Assembly (NCBI GenBank): GCA_964435675.1
Contig: CAYTAW010000001.1
Location: forward strand, 1 to 39,909
Direction: 5' to 3'
Source of the DNA: an uncultured Bdellovibrionales bacterium
GTDB taxonomy: Bacteria; Bdellovibrionota_C; UBA2361; CAYTAW01
DNA: 39,909 bases
The notes beneath the pieces are model-generated. The model had not been told where the DNA came from, did not search any database, and saw only the letters and a program-made list of their open reading frames with translations. Shown here in pieces: positions 14,022-22,734 of this stretch. The translations under genes were made by a program, and so were the position numbers. Every line of letters starts with the position of its first letter. Position 1 is the first letter of the stretch.

Positions 14022-14771
14022 ATGAAAAACCGGCTCTCGCAGTTGCTACTGTGGGGCCGGGCGCTATTGATCTATGAAAAGCGCTTGCTGGTAAAGGTAG
14101 CGCGCGCGCGCAATGCGTATATCAAGACCGCAGCGGAGCAATACGCCAAGTCAAACGGCGTGCCGAATTGGCTACTCGACGCCTACCGGGAAAAGCTTAA
14201 CACCATCCTGAATGACCATTATGAAACGGTGATAACTCACTTCGGGCAGATGGTCATTCGCCAGATCAAATCCATAAAGATCGAAACGAAAGCCGCCCGG
14301 CGCACCTTCACCGGCGCCATGCTGGAATGGGTTCGCACCGAGGCGCTGCGCAAGGCGACCATGATATCGGGAACCGATAGCGACCTCATCCGAAACGCCA
14401 TCCAGAACGGCATTGACGAAGGCGAAGGCATCGAGGCCATAGGCCGATCGATCCGCAAAGTATCCGCTATGACCACCGCGCGCGCCGCGGTAATTGCCCG
14501 CACCGAAACACATAACGCTGCCGGATTCGGCAGCATAGAAACCGCTAGGAACGCCGAAACGGAGTTCGGGGTGCAACTGCTCAAGGTTTGGCTTCCCACG
14601 CTTGACGCCCGCACCCGTGAAGATCACAGGGCCATGGAAAACAAAGACCCGATACCGCTGGGCGAGAAGTTCCAGGTCGGCGCCGACAACATGGACCGGC
14701 CGGGCGACCCGTCGGCAAACCCCGAGAACGTAATCAACTGCAGGTGCGCAATCGCGTACGAGGAAAAATAA
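14022..14771 (+). CDS. Head morphogenesis / minor capsid protein (Mu gpF / SPP1 gp7 family)
   Basis: C-terminal ARTREDHRAMENK ... MDRPGDPSANPENVINCRCA is the Phage_Mu_F signature. Confidence 0.8.
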   Translation: MKNRLSQLLLWGRALLIYEKRLLVKVARARNAYIKTAAEQYAKSNGVPNWLLDAYREKLNTILNDHYETVITHFGQMVIRQIKSIKIETKAARRTFTGAMLEWVRTEALRKATMISGTDSDLIRNAIQNGIDEGEGIEAIGRSIRKVSAMTTARAAVIARTETHNAAGFGSIETARNAETEFGVQLLKVWLPTLDARTREDHRAMENKDPIPLGEKFQVGADNMDRPGDPSANPENVINCRCAIAYEEK

Positions 14772-14776
14772 CACCC

Positions 14777-14965
14777 ATGACATTCAGGATCATCGCCGGC
14801 CTTCGCTGGATCGAGCGCGACGGCGTGCGCGTGCTGCAGATCGCCTTACAGGATGTGCTCTTGAAGGCGAACCCCAGCAACAACCGCGTGTTTATAGCAA
14901 AGCAGGAGCCAGCCGTATGGGTTGATGCACCGCTTCAGGAAGAAGTCACACAGGAGAAACAATAA
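14777..14965 (+). CDS. Small hypothetical protein (62 aa)
   Basis: ATG 14777, just after the preceding stop; the track ORF begins earlier at 14744. Confidence 0.45.
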   Translation: MTFRIIAGLRWIERDGVRVLQIALQDVLLKANPSNNRVFIAKQEPAVWVDAPLQEEVTQEKQ

Positions 14966-15597
14966 TGGAATTACAGCGTAAAAGCGTGAAGCTAGAGATT
15001 AAACTCGACGCCGCCGCGCGCACGATAGAAGGCTACGCCTCCGTATTCGGCAACGTCGACCGCACGAACGATATTATAATGCCCGGCGCATTTGTGGAAT
15101 CACTCGCCGGTCGCATGCCGAAAATGCTTTACCAGCACGATAGCGACGACCTAATCGGCGTTTGGGATGAAGCGCGGGAAGATAGCCGCGGCCTGTATGT
15201 TAAGGGGCGCCTTGCAAATACCGATTGTGGCAACGAAGCCTATGAGCTCGCTAAAATGGGCGCGCTCGATGCCATGAGCATCGGCTACAGCCCGCTGGAA
15301 TTTGAATACGACGAAAAGGGCATCCGCAAACTGAATAAGGTCGAGCTCTGGGAAGTGTCGCTCGTTACATTCCCGGCCAATGAATCCGCGCGACTGACGG
15401 GCGTGAAGTCGCACAACAATGAAAGAGAATTTGAAGGATTCCTGCGAGATGCAGGATATAGCCGTGAAGCCGCTAAAATTATTACGGCGCACGGATTTAA
15501 AGCGCTAAGCGGTCAGCGAGATGCTGAGGCGGTGGAGCTTGTTTCGACAATCAACAACGCAATCAACATCTTGAAAGGTAATAATCATGGAAATTAA
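14965..15597 (+). CDS. Prohead serine protease (HK97 family)
   Basis: IEGYASVFGNVDRTNDIIMPGAF ... LYQHD ... MSIGYS ... LWEVSLVTFPAN. Confidence 0.85.
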   Translation: MELQRKSVKLEIKLDAAARTIEGYASVFGNVDRTNDIIMPGAFVESLAGRMPKMLYQHDSDDLIGVWDEAREDSRGLYVKGRLANTDCGNEAYELAKMGALDAMSIGYSPLEFEYDEKGIRKLNKVELWEVSLVTFPANESARLTGVKSHNNEREFEGFLRDAGYSREAAKIITAHGFKALSGQRDAEAVELVSTINNAINILKGNNHGN

Positions 15598-16783
15598 AGA
15601 ACAGGTGGAAAACCTTGCGAAAGCATGGGAAGAATTCAAGTCCGTCAATGACGCACGCTTGAAAGAAATCGAGAAAAAAGGCGCAGCCGACACGCTGTTG
15701 ACCGGCCAGCTTGATAAAATTAACGGTTTCATTGATGAAGCCAAAAGCAAATTTGAAAAGCTTGAAACCGTAGCTTCGCGCCCCGGTTTCAATGCCGAAG
15801 AAAAAGACTCCGACGGCACCGTGCAGTACAAAAAGGCGCTGGTTTCTTACCTCCGCAAAGGTAACGATACCGGCCTCGCCGAATTGTCGCTCAAGGCGCT
15901 TTCTGTTGGATCTGACCCCGATGGTGGCTACCTTGTCACTCCGGCAATGTCGGCGCAGATTATCACTGTTCAAAACGAAACCTCACCGATGCGCATGCTT
16001 GCAACGGTTGAAACGATTTCGTCTGACAGCCTTGATATTCTCGAAGATCGCAGCACCACCACCGCCGGCGGCTGGGTTTCTGAGTCTGGTACACGGTCGA
16101 GCTCGAACACCCCGACGCTCGGTAAGCGCAACATTCCGGCCCACGAGATTTATGCGCAGCAACCCGCTACGCAGAAACTGCTCGATGACGCAGGGATTAA
16201 TATAGAAAGCTGGCTCGGCAGTAAAATTGCTGAACGCTTTGCGCTTGATGAAGCAACTGCCTTTATCAGCGGCAACGGCGTTGGAAAACCCCGCGGCATT
16301 CTCGGTTACACCCCCGCCGCAGACGCTTCGTTTGCATGGGGCAACCCCGGCTATATCGCTTCGGGCACTTCCGGTTCGGTAACTGCAGACGGCCTGATCA
16401 ACCTCTATTACGCGCTGAAAGAACGCTACACGAAAAACGCATCGTTCTTAATGCGCCGTGCGGTTGAAGGCTCTGTGCGCGCCCTGAAAGATAGCCAGAA
16501 TCGCTATTTGTGGGAACCGTCGCTTCAAGCCGGCAAACCTAACACGCTGCTGGGCATTCCTGTTTATCAGGCTGCGGATATGGAAGCCGCTGGCGCGAGC
16601 TCTTACTCGGTTGCCGTTGGTGACTGGAAACAGGCTTACACCATTGCCGACCGCACCGGTGTTCGCATTCTGCGCGATCCGTACAGCAGCAAACCGAACG
16701 TATTGTTCTATGCAACGAAACGCGTTGGCGGCGATGTAACCAATTTTGAGGCATACAAACTGCTCAAACTGGCAACCTCGTAA
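15587..16783 (+). CDS. Major capsid protein (HK97 fold)
   Basis: An N-terminal coiled-coil delta domain is followed by GSDPDGGYLVTP. It follows the protease and is 398 aa long. Confidence 0.85.
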   Translation: MEIKEQVENLAKAWEEFKSVNDARLKEIEKKGAADTLLTGQLDKINGFIDEAKSKFEKLETVASRPGFNAEEKDSDGTVQYKKALVSYLRKGNDTGLAELSLKALSVGSDPDGGYLVTPAMSAQIITVQNETSPMRMLATVETISSDSLDILEDRSTTTAGGWVSESGTRSSSNTPTLGKRNIPAHEIYAQQPATQKLLDDAGINIESWLGSKIAERFALDEATAFISGNGVGKPRGILGYTPAADASFAWGNPGYIASGTSGSVTADGLINLYYALKERYTKNASFLMRRAVEGSVRALKDSQNRYLWEPSLQAGKPNTLLGIPVYQAADMEAAGASSYSVAVGDWKQAYTIADRTGVRILRDPYSSKPNVLFYATKRVGGDVTNFEAYKLLKLATS

Positions 16784-16831
16784 TTATTTCGACGCATAAA
16801 AATCGAAAACAGAGACTGAAAGGAAATTAAA

Positions 16832-17272
16832 ATGAAAGACAATAATTCAAACATCCAAGTAAAGCGGGTTATTAGCCCGGTTTCCGTGTCCGACAACACT
16901 GCCCAGGTAGGGCAGATTATTGACGGTCAGGGCTATGACAGCCTTGAATACATTATCGCAACCGGCTCTATCGCCGACGCCGACGCCACCTTTACGGTGT
17001 TGCTCGAAGAAAGCGATGCGTCAAACATGAGCGGAAGCAACGCTGTTGCCGATGCGGATATGCTGAGCCAGACGGCAGGCACCGCACCGGAAACGGCTGC
17101 ATCTTTCCAGTTCGATGATGACAACGAAGTTCGCAAGCTGGGATACATCGGCACGAAGCGTTACACACGCCTTACCCTTACCCCCGCCAACAACGCCAGC
17201 GCTGCACTGCTTAGCGCCGTTGCTGTTCTTGGCAATCCGAACGCCGCTCCTACAACTCAGGCAGCAGCTTAA
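16832..17272 (+). CDS. Putative head decoration/accessory protein (146 aa)
   Basis: Lies directly after the capsid gene and before a terminator. Motif order resembles the 18546 protein. Confidence 0.45.
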   Translation: MKDNNSNIQVKRVISPVSVSDNTAQVGQIIDGQGYDSLEYIIATGSIADADATFTVLLEESDASNMSGSNAVADADMLSQTAGTAPETAASFQFDDDNEVRKLGYIGTKRYTRLTLTPANNASAALLSAVAVLGNPNAAPTTQAAA

Positions 17273-17280
17273 CTTTATAG

Positions 17281-17311
17281 CGGGGAGGTATAAAAGCCTC
17301 CCCGTTTATTT
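17281..17311 (+). terminator. Rho-independent terminator/attenuator after the capsid genes
   Basis: CGGGGAGG (17281-17288) pairs with CCTCCCCG (17297-17304), followed by TTTATTT. Confidence 0.7.
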
Positions 17312-17323
17312 CACGAGGTACTT

Positions 17324-17569
17324 ATGCCAACGATAAAAATGCTTAAAACGCTTTCTGCCTATGACAACTTAACGGGCGAGCGCGCCATGTCCCTGTATGA
17401 AGAGGGATCAACCTATGAAGTCAGCGAGTCATTATGCGCTGATCTTATTGGTGACGGTGCTGCTGAAGAAGCAGACGATGCGGCAAAACCTGAAACCCGC
17501 GAAACCAAGGTCGCAGAAGCAAAAGAAACCAAGCCAATGCCTGGCCGCAAAAAGAGAGCCTTTGCTTAA
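17324..17569 (+). CDS. Small acidic/basic hypothetical protein (81 aa)
   Basis: ORF track; position in the head-completion module. Confidence 0.5.
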   Translation: MPTIKMLKTLSAYDNLTGERAMSLYEEGSTYEVSESLCADLIGDGAAEEADDAAKPETRETKVAEAKETKPMPGRKKRAFA

Positions 17570-17572
17570 TCC

Positions 17573-18199
17573 ATGCTACGCAAAACCTCCACTATCTTAA
17601 CACGGCCAGCCAATGAGCCAGTCACTTTGAGCGAAGCAAAGCTGTGGATGCGCGTGGATGGTAACGACGAGGATGCCCTTATTATATCGCTTATTACGGC
17701 GGCACGCGAGGCGGCAGAAAAATATACCCGCCGTGCATTCATTACGCAGACATGGAATCTTACTGTTGATCTCCCGTCAAGCCGCTACGCAAATAACCTG
17801 CCTGGCGGGGTTTATGACATGCCTATTTCGTCGCTTTATGGCGAACTTCCACAAGAAATAAAACTTCCTTACCCCGAACTCATATCGGTGACTTCGGTCA
17901 AAACCTACGACACCAGCAACACAGAAAGCACTTACAGCGCATCAAATTATATAGTTGATACGGCAAATAGCCGCATAGTTCTAAATGATACCGCTGTCTG
18001 GCCATCGAATCTGCGCGGGGTCTCCTCCGCGCTGATTACCTACGTTTGCGGATACGGGACATCCGATATGGTTCCCTCGGCTATCAAGATGGGCATAAAA
18101 ATGCACGTTAAGGAAATGTACGACAGCCGATCTGATCAATGCGGCATACCCCCTGCTGCATCCTCAATATATCGCCAATACCGGGTTTACTGTGAATAA
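17573..18199 (+). CDS. Head-tail connector protein (gp6-like) with a C-terminal extension
   Basis: TLSEAKLWMRVDGNDEDALIISLITAAREAAEKYTRRAFITQTW is the gp6-like connector motif. Confidence 0.75.
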   Translation: MLRKTSTILTRPANEPVTLSEAKLWMRVDGNDEDALIISLITAAREAAEKYTRRAFITQTWNLTVDLPSSRYANNLPGGVYDMPISSLYGELPQEIKLPYPELISVTSVKTYDTSNTESTYSASNYIVDTANSRIVLNDTAVWPSNLRGVSSALITYVCGYGTSDMVPSAIKMGIKMHVKEMYDSRSDQCGIPPAASSIYRQYRVYCE

Positions 18200-18530
18200 G
18201 CAGTGCAGCCCCGACCGCGTGGGCATGATGCGCAATCGGGTAACCATCGAGCAGCCGGTTCGCACATCGGACGGCATGGGCGGGCATACCGTCGCTTGGG
18301 AAGAGTACACGCGCGCGTGGTGTTCCATCAGCCCGGTAAAGGCCTGGGAAAAATACCAGGCCATGAAAATGGAATCCCCGATCACTCACAAAATTGAAAT
18401 GCGTTACCAGCGCGGCATTACCAGCGCCATGCGCATCAACTTCGGCGGTCGCATATTCGGCATCAAAGAAGTTATCAACGAGAACGAAGAGGGATTTTTC
18501 CTGCTGATTACTGCCATCGAAAAAGCTTAA
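18192..18530 (+). CDS. Head closure / head-tail adaptor protein
   Basis: RNRVTIEQPVRTSDGMGGHTVAWEEYTRAWCSISP ... THKIEMRY is typical of the Phage_H_T_join family. GTG start overlaps the upstream stop. Confidence 0.75.
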   Translation: MNKQCSPDRVGMMRNRVTIEQPVRTSDGMGGHTVAWEEYTRAWCSISPVKAWEKYQAMKMESPITHKIEMRYQRGITSAMRINFGGRIFGIKEVINENEEGFFLLITAIEKA

Positions 18531-18545
18531 CCAAAGAGGATTGAA

Positions 18546-18971
18546 ATGAAACTTAACCCACTGATTATGCATATCGCGGCCCTGCTGCTGATTCCCTTCG
18601 TCGCATTCGCTGAACCGTCATCGACGCAATATCAGCCAAACGACGCCTACAACGCCACTGCAACGGTAGCATCTAGTGGGACCACCAGTGAGGCGATAGA
18701 CCTGGCGGGCACCGATCTCGTTGGCATATTTGTCCCCTCAACGTTTGACGGCACTACCATCACCCTGCAGGCATCAACCGCCATCGATGGCACTTTCGTC
18801 GAGGTGCAGGACGGTGAAGGGTCCGCGCTAACAATCACCACGGCCGCCAGCAAGTTTGCTCCCATTCCGAATCTGGCGACCATTGCCGGGATTCGCTATT
18901 TAAAACTTGTCACAGGCACATCGCAGTCAACCACGTCGACCGTGTTTACCCTCGCGCTGCGCCCGATCTGA
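18546..18971 (+). CDS. 141-aa protein with a Sec-type signal peptide, inserted in the head-tail joining module
   Basis: MKLNPLIMHIAALLLIPFVAFA|EPS (AFA cleavage motif). The mature part is Thr/Ser-rich and looks beta-rich. Confidence 0.65.
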   Translation: MKLNPLIMHIAALLLIPFVAFAEPSSTQYQPNDAYNATATVASSGTTSEAIDLAGTDLVGIFVPSTFDGTTITLQASTAIDGTFVEVQDGEGSALTITTAASKFAPIPNLATIAGIRYLKLVTGTSQSTTSTVFTLALRPI

Positions 18972-18972
18972 C

Positions 18973-20361
18973 ATGCCAATAGAAGCCTACCTTGATAATT
19001 TCGCTGATGTCAGCGCATGGACGCATACGTCTAGCAACAACGTAAAAGCGATTGCATCTGCTGGTAAAATCATCGCGGCTGCAAACGGAACGGTTGCTGA
19101 TATCCGCCGTGCTTATGACGGGGCGGCTACGTCGCTATGCCGCATAGGCTTTGATATTACCGTTGATAAAACGAACATGGGTACGAACTACGAAACCTTT
19201 GTCGGGACGGTTGACACGGGCTTTGCGTTTCAGGGAACCGGCTGTTTTTTGAAGCAGGGCGTCGGTATCGGAGCCGGGCTTTATTATAACTATGTTTTGA
19301 ACGGAAGCGTCAACGTAGCGGTGGCGTGGGCTTCCCTTGTCGACGGCGCGACTTATCACGTCGAGATCAGCGTCGATAGCCTTCAATGGCGCACCATCGT
19401 AAGGGTGTATGATAGCAACGGCACATTCCTTGGAACCAACTCAGTAACGGCGGCAAATTCTAGTTGGTATCTAAGCGGGTTCATTAAAATATCAAACCAA
19501 TCCATCCATTCCGGTGTTTCTGCGATTGCCTATGATCCGAGCATGGCGGGAAGCGCCACTAGCGGCCCGAATCTGAAAGCGCCGGTAAGATGGCAGGATT
19601 CAAACAGCGCTATTCATTATTATCCCGGCGGCGGCAATATTACACGGATGTTATTCCATACCCATGCTGCGGGTGTCTCGCCGGGGAACATTGAGTTTAT
19701 GACTGATTCCGCCAACTCAGGCGGTGGCCCATACTTTGTAAATACATTCTTAAGCGCAGGATGGGCGTTTGTTGCGCCGTTTGGCGGAACTGGCGGCGAT
19801 CAGAATTGGGGCAAGGATACGGCAGCAACGGACTTTCTGGCTGGATTGGAAACCGCGCGCGGCATATTAGGGGCTGGTATAAAATACGCCATCTTCGGGC
19901 GCAGTATGGGCGGATTAATGGCGGGGCGTCTTATCGGATACGAGGACGTTCAAAGCTGCATCGGGCTTTACCTGCGCGTGGCGTGCCTGGATATTGCAGC
20001 GCTCGAGCAGGGTGTATTTCAAACAAATATTGACACCGCGTGGGGAATCTCGGCGCAGGCGAGTTATGCCGCGGCGCAGGCAACGCTCTTCCGAGCCGAC
20101 CCGCTTCAATTGCTTAATACTTACCCGAGCAAATTTAGAGCGGTAGGAAATATTTTTGTTGATCGCTCCACCGCTGATGCGGTTGTTCCAGATACGTCAA
20201 ACAGCCTTGCGTTTGTGAATGCATTAACAGCCAATGGCGTCCCATTCAAACAAAGCGTGTCGGCATCAGAAAGCCATGGCGATCCCATTACCCTCGAAAA
20301 TGCGCGCAAATTCCTGCGCCAAATTGAAGGGCGTCCACGTCCGATTGGGCTGCTGCTCTGA
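18973..20361 (+). CDS. Two-domain protein: N-terminal beta-sandwich/lectin-like region plus a C-terminal alpha/beta hydrolase (esterase/lipase-like)
   Basis: Start at ATG 18973, 2 nt after the preceding stop. HTHAAG (oxyanion region), GRSMGG nucleophile elbow (19897-19914), later DAVVPD and SHGDP as candidate Asp/His. Confidence 0.7.
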   Translation: MPIEAYLDNFADVSAWTHTSSNNVKAIASAGKIIAAANGTVADIRRAYDGAATSLCRIGFDITVDKTNMGTNYETFVGTVDTGFAFQGTGCFLKQGVGIGAGLYYNYVLNGSVNVAVAWASLVDGATYHVEISVDSLQWRTIVRVYDSNGTFLGTNSVTAANSSWYLSGFIKISNQSIHSGVSAIAYDPSMAGSATSGPNLKAPVRWQDSNSAIHYYPGGGNITRMLFHTHAAGVSPGNIEFMTDSANSGGGPYFVNTFLSAGWAFVAPFGGTGGDQNWGKDTAATDFLAGLETARGILGAGIKYAIFGRSMGGLMAGRLIGYEDVQSCIGLYLRVACLDIAALEQGVFQTNIDTAWGISAQASYAAAQATLFRADPLQLLNTYPSKFRAVGNIFVDRSTADAVVPDTSNSLAFVNALTANGVPFKQSVSASESHGDPITLENARKFLRQIEGRPRPIGLLL

Positions 20362-20364
20362 CCT

Positions 20365-20826
20365 ATGGATTTCACCGTAAAGATCGAAGGGCTTGAAAAA
20401 ATCAAGAAAGCCAGCACGGATATTCACGCCTCGGTGCAAAAAGAATTGCAAAAAGCCCTGCTCGCATCGGCGATGAAGGTCGAGCGCGAGGCGAAGGATT
20501 TAATCCGTAAAGGCCCAAAAACAGGCCGTATTTATAAGCGCAGGACCGTCACACACCGCGCATCCGCGCCCGGAGAGTCTCCGGCATCCGATACCGGTCG
20601 CCTCTTGGGAAGCATCACCTCATACATAAATAAAATCGCAGGCCTGGAGGCTTTTGTGGTCGCCGGACGCGGCGCGGTCAAATACGCCCGCATGCTTGAA
20701 TTCGGCACAACCAAGATCGCCGCCCGCCCTTTCATGCTGCCGGCGTATATGAAAAGCAAAGCATTCATCACCGAGCGGCTCAATCGCGCCGTAAATGACG
20801 GCATCAAAAAGGCAACCAAAAAATGA
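20365..20826 (+). CDS. HK97 gp10-family head-tail joining protein
   Basis: VKYARMLEFGTTKIAARPFMLPA is the gp10-like signature. Confidence 0.75.
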   Translation: MDFTVKIEGLEKIKKASTDIHASVQKELQKALLASAMKVEREAKDLIRKGPKTGRIYKRRTVTHRASAPGESPASDTGRLLGSITSYINKIAGLEAFVVAGRGAVKYARMLEFGTTKIAARPFMLPAYMKSKAFITERLNRAVNDGIKKATKK

Positions 20827-21254
20827 GCGAACCCGGCATCGCGCTACAAACGGCGATTTTTAACCGGCTATCTAATTACACGGCCCTGACTACCTATATC
20901 GGCGCGAACAAGATTTACGATCATGTGCCGGAAAATATCGAAGCGCCATATGTGGTGATCGGCGAGGACGAATCCGACGAAGCCGGTGCAAAAACCTATA
21001 ACGGCTGGGAGCGCGTCGTCACAATCCATTGCTGGGATTTTGAAAGCGAGGGCCGCAAGGGCGTTAAAACCATCATGGGCCATATCTACGACGCCCTGCA
21101 TCGCAGCGAATCCAGCATCACCGTTACCGGCTTCAACCTCGTGTATTTCGAGCAGCGATATTCGACATCATTCCGCGAGGATGGGATCGAGGGCGAAGGC
21201 GATCACTATTACCACGGCGTCCAGAGATTCCGTGTCCTTCTCACCGAAACTTAA
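20823..21254 (+). CDS. Tail completion/terminator protein (DUF3168-like)
   Basis: AIFNRLSNYTALTTYIGANKIYDHVPENIEAPYVVIGE fits my memory of DUF3168. Position is just before the major tail gene. Confidence 0.65.
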   Translation: MSEPGIALQTAIFNRLSNYTALTTYIGANKIYDHVPENIEAPYVVIGEDESDEAGAKTYNGWERVVTIHCWDFESEGRKGVKTIMGHIYDALHRSESSITVTGFNLVYFEQRYSTSFREDGIEGEGDHYYHGVQRFRVLLTET

Positions 21255-21271
21255 CATAAAGGAGCATTACC

Positions 21272-21676
21272 ATGGCTGCACAAAAAGGCAGGAACTTTCT
21301 ATTGAAACAGGGAACCGCCGCCGCGGGGACCACGCTTGCCGGTCTGCGTGTGACCAGCTTCACCAAAAACAACGAATCCGTAGATATCACGAATAAGGAT
21401 TCTGCCGGTTGGCAGACCCTGCTCGAGGGCGCCGGCACCATGTCATGTGAAATTGGGGCCGAGGGCGTTTTCACGAATGCCGCGGTTGAGCATACTGTTC
21501 GCGGCTATGCTATGAGCGACAGCATTAATGCGTTCGGGCTTCTCTTCGGCGATGGCGATCAACTAGATGGTAGCTGGCAGATTTCCAGCTATGAGCGCGC
21601 AGGCGCTTACAACGGCGAGGAAACGTATCGCCTCACTTTAAAATCGTCCGGCGCGCTCGTCTGGACCTCTGCGTAA
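21272..21676 (+). CDS. Major tail protein (TP901-1 / GTA g9-like)
   Basis: KGRNFLLKQGTAAAGTTLAGLRVTSFTKNNESVDITNKDSAGWQTLLEGAG is typical of the Phage_tail_2 family. RBS AAAGGAG. Confidence 0.8.
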   Translation: MAAQKGRNFLLKQGTAAAGTTLAGLRVTSFTKNNESVDITNKDSAGWQTLLEGAGTMSCEIGAEGVFTNAAVEHTVRGYAMSDSINAFGLLFGDGDQLDGSWQISSYERAGAYNGEETYRLTLKSSGALVWTSA

Positions 21677-21701
21677 TCACCACACAATCAGGAGAGATAT
21701 C

Positions 21702-22121
21702 ATGAGATTTTTCTATTATCTGCTTACTTCCGCGCTGCTGCTTTTTACCACCCCGGCGATTGCCGCAACGCTGTCCGTGCAAAGCGCTGTATTCACCGGG
21801 GTGAATTACACGCTCGCTTCGGCATCTACGAGCGACACGTTCGTCAATGACGGACGGACTTTCCTGCTGTTCACAAACGGCAACGCTTCCGCGCGCACGC
21901 TTACCATTGCGGCAAACAGCACCGACAAGCCCGGCTTCGGGACCATTACCATCCCGAGCACCACCGTCACCCTGCCGGGCTCCGGCACAAACGGCGGGCT
22001 TGCCATCGTTGGCCCCTTCCCCACGGACCGTTTCAACGATAGCAACGGCCGCGTGGTTTACACGCTGGACACGGCGACCGGTATGACGGTGGCTGCAATT
22101 AAACTCACGAATTATCCATAA
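21702..22121 (+). CDS. 139-aa protein with a Sec-type signal peptide, inserted between the major tail and chaperone genes
   Basis: MRFFYYLLTSALLLFTTPAIA|ATL. RBS AGGAGAG. The mature part is beta-rich (TFLLFTNGNASARTLTIAA ... VGPFPTDRFND). Confidence 0.65.
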   Translation: MRFFYYLLTSALLLFTTPAIAATLSVQSAVFTGVNYTLASASTSDTFVNDGRTFLLFTNGNASARTLTIAANSTDKPGFGTITIPSTTVTLPGSGTNGGLAIVGPFPTDRFNDSNGRVVYTLDTATGMTVAAIKLTNYP

Positions 22122-22129
22122 TAGCATTT

Positions 22130-22549
22130 ATGCAAGACGTAAAAAAAGAAGGCAGCTATACCCCGGCCAGGCCACGGTATAAGCTGCCGCTTTTTGGTGT
22201 TGAGTACGACCTGGAAGGCAATTTTGGAATCATTGAATCCGTAGAAAACGCCCTGCAGGAAAACATCATCTCTATCACGCTGCGCTGCATCCGCATGCCG
22301 GTATCGCAAATGGCGGTTCTCTTGTCCGCCCTCATTCCTTCCCTGAAACTTGAAGAGATAAAAGAAAAGCTTTTCAATGAAATGGGCATCAGCGGGAATG
22401 AATATTCCCTGCTGTGTATTCACGTACACTCGTTCCTGCGCATCTGCATTGCCAAGCCCGCCGAACGCGAGGATGCGATTAAAAAAGTGGGGGAGTATCT
22501 AAGGGAAGCACAAGCTTCCCATGGGCAGAATACAAGCGATTCTGCTTAG
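22130..22549 (+). CDS. Tail assembly chaperone (short, unshifted product)
   Basis: Lies between the major tail and tape measure genes. It contains the A-run slippery site near its 3' end. Confidence 0.7.
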   Translation: MQDVKKEGSYTPARPRYKLPLFGVEYDLEGNFGIIESVENALQENIISITLRCIRMPVSQMAVLLSALIPSLKLEEIKEKLFNEMGISGNEYSLLCIHVHSFLRICIAKPAEREDAIKKVGEYLREAQASHGQNTSDSA

Positions 22550-22722
22550 GCGTTTTAGGCTGGTCCCCGGTTGATTTCTGGAAAGCCAGCACATGGGATG
22601 CCATGGACGCCTATGAAGGATACGCCCTCGCAAACGGCATTAAAAAACCCGATTCACTGAACGCCGATGATGTCGCCGAGCTGCGTCAAATGCTCGATGC
22701 CGATATCGCAAAGCAAAAATAA
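22130..22722 (+). CDS. Tail assembly chaperone, -1 frameshifted long product (shift at AAAAAAG, about 22481-22487)
   Basis: The -1 frame is open from 22483 to TAA 22720-22722 with no ATG. It encodes WAEYKRFCLGVLGWSPVDFWKASTWDAMDAYEGYALANG, resembling GTA g10.1-type extensions. Confidence 0.65.
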
Positions 22723-22734
22723 CAAAGGATAGCT

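Noticed and set aside
11364-14783. Long minus-strand ORFs opposite terL, portal and Mu-F genes (11364-11948, 12042-12620, 12764-13354, 13441-13749, 14172-14783).
   Set aside because: All are antisense to structural genes with clear family signatures. None has RBS or coupling evidence.
21633-22127. 164-aa minus-strand ORF and the 21847-22086 plus-strand ORF.
   Set aside because: They overlap the RBS-preceded 21702-22121 gene and have an Arg/Gly-rich composition typical of off-frame translation.
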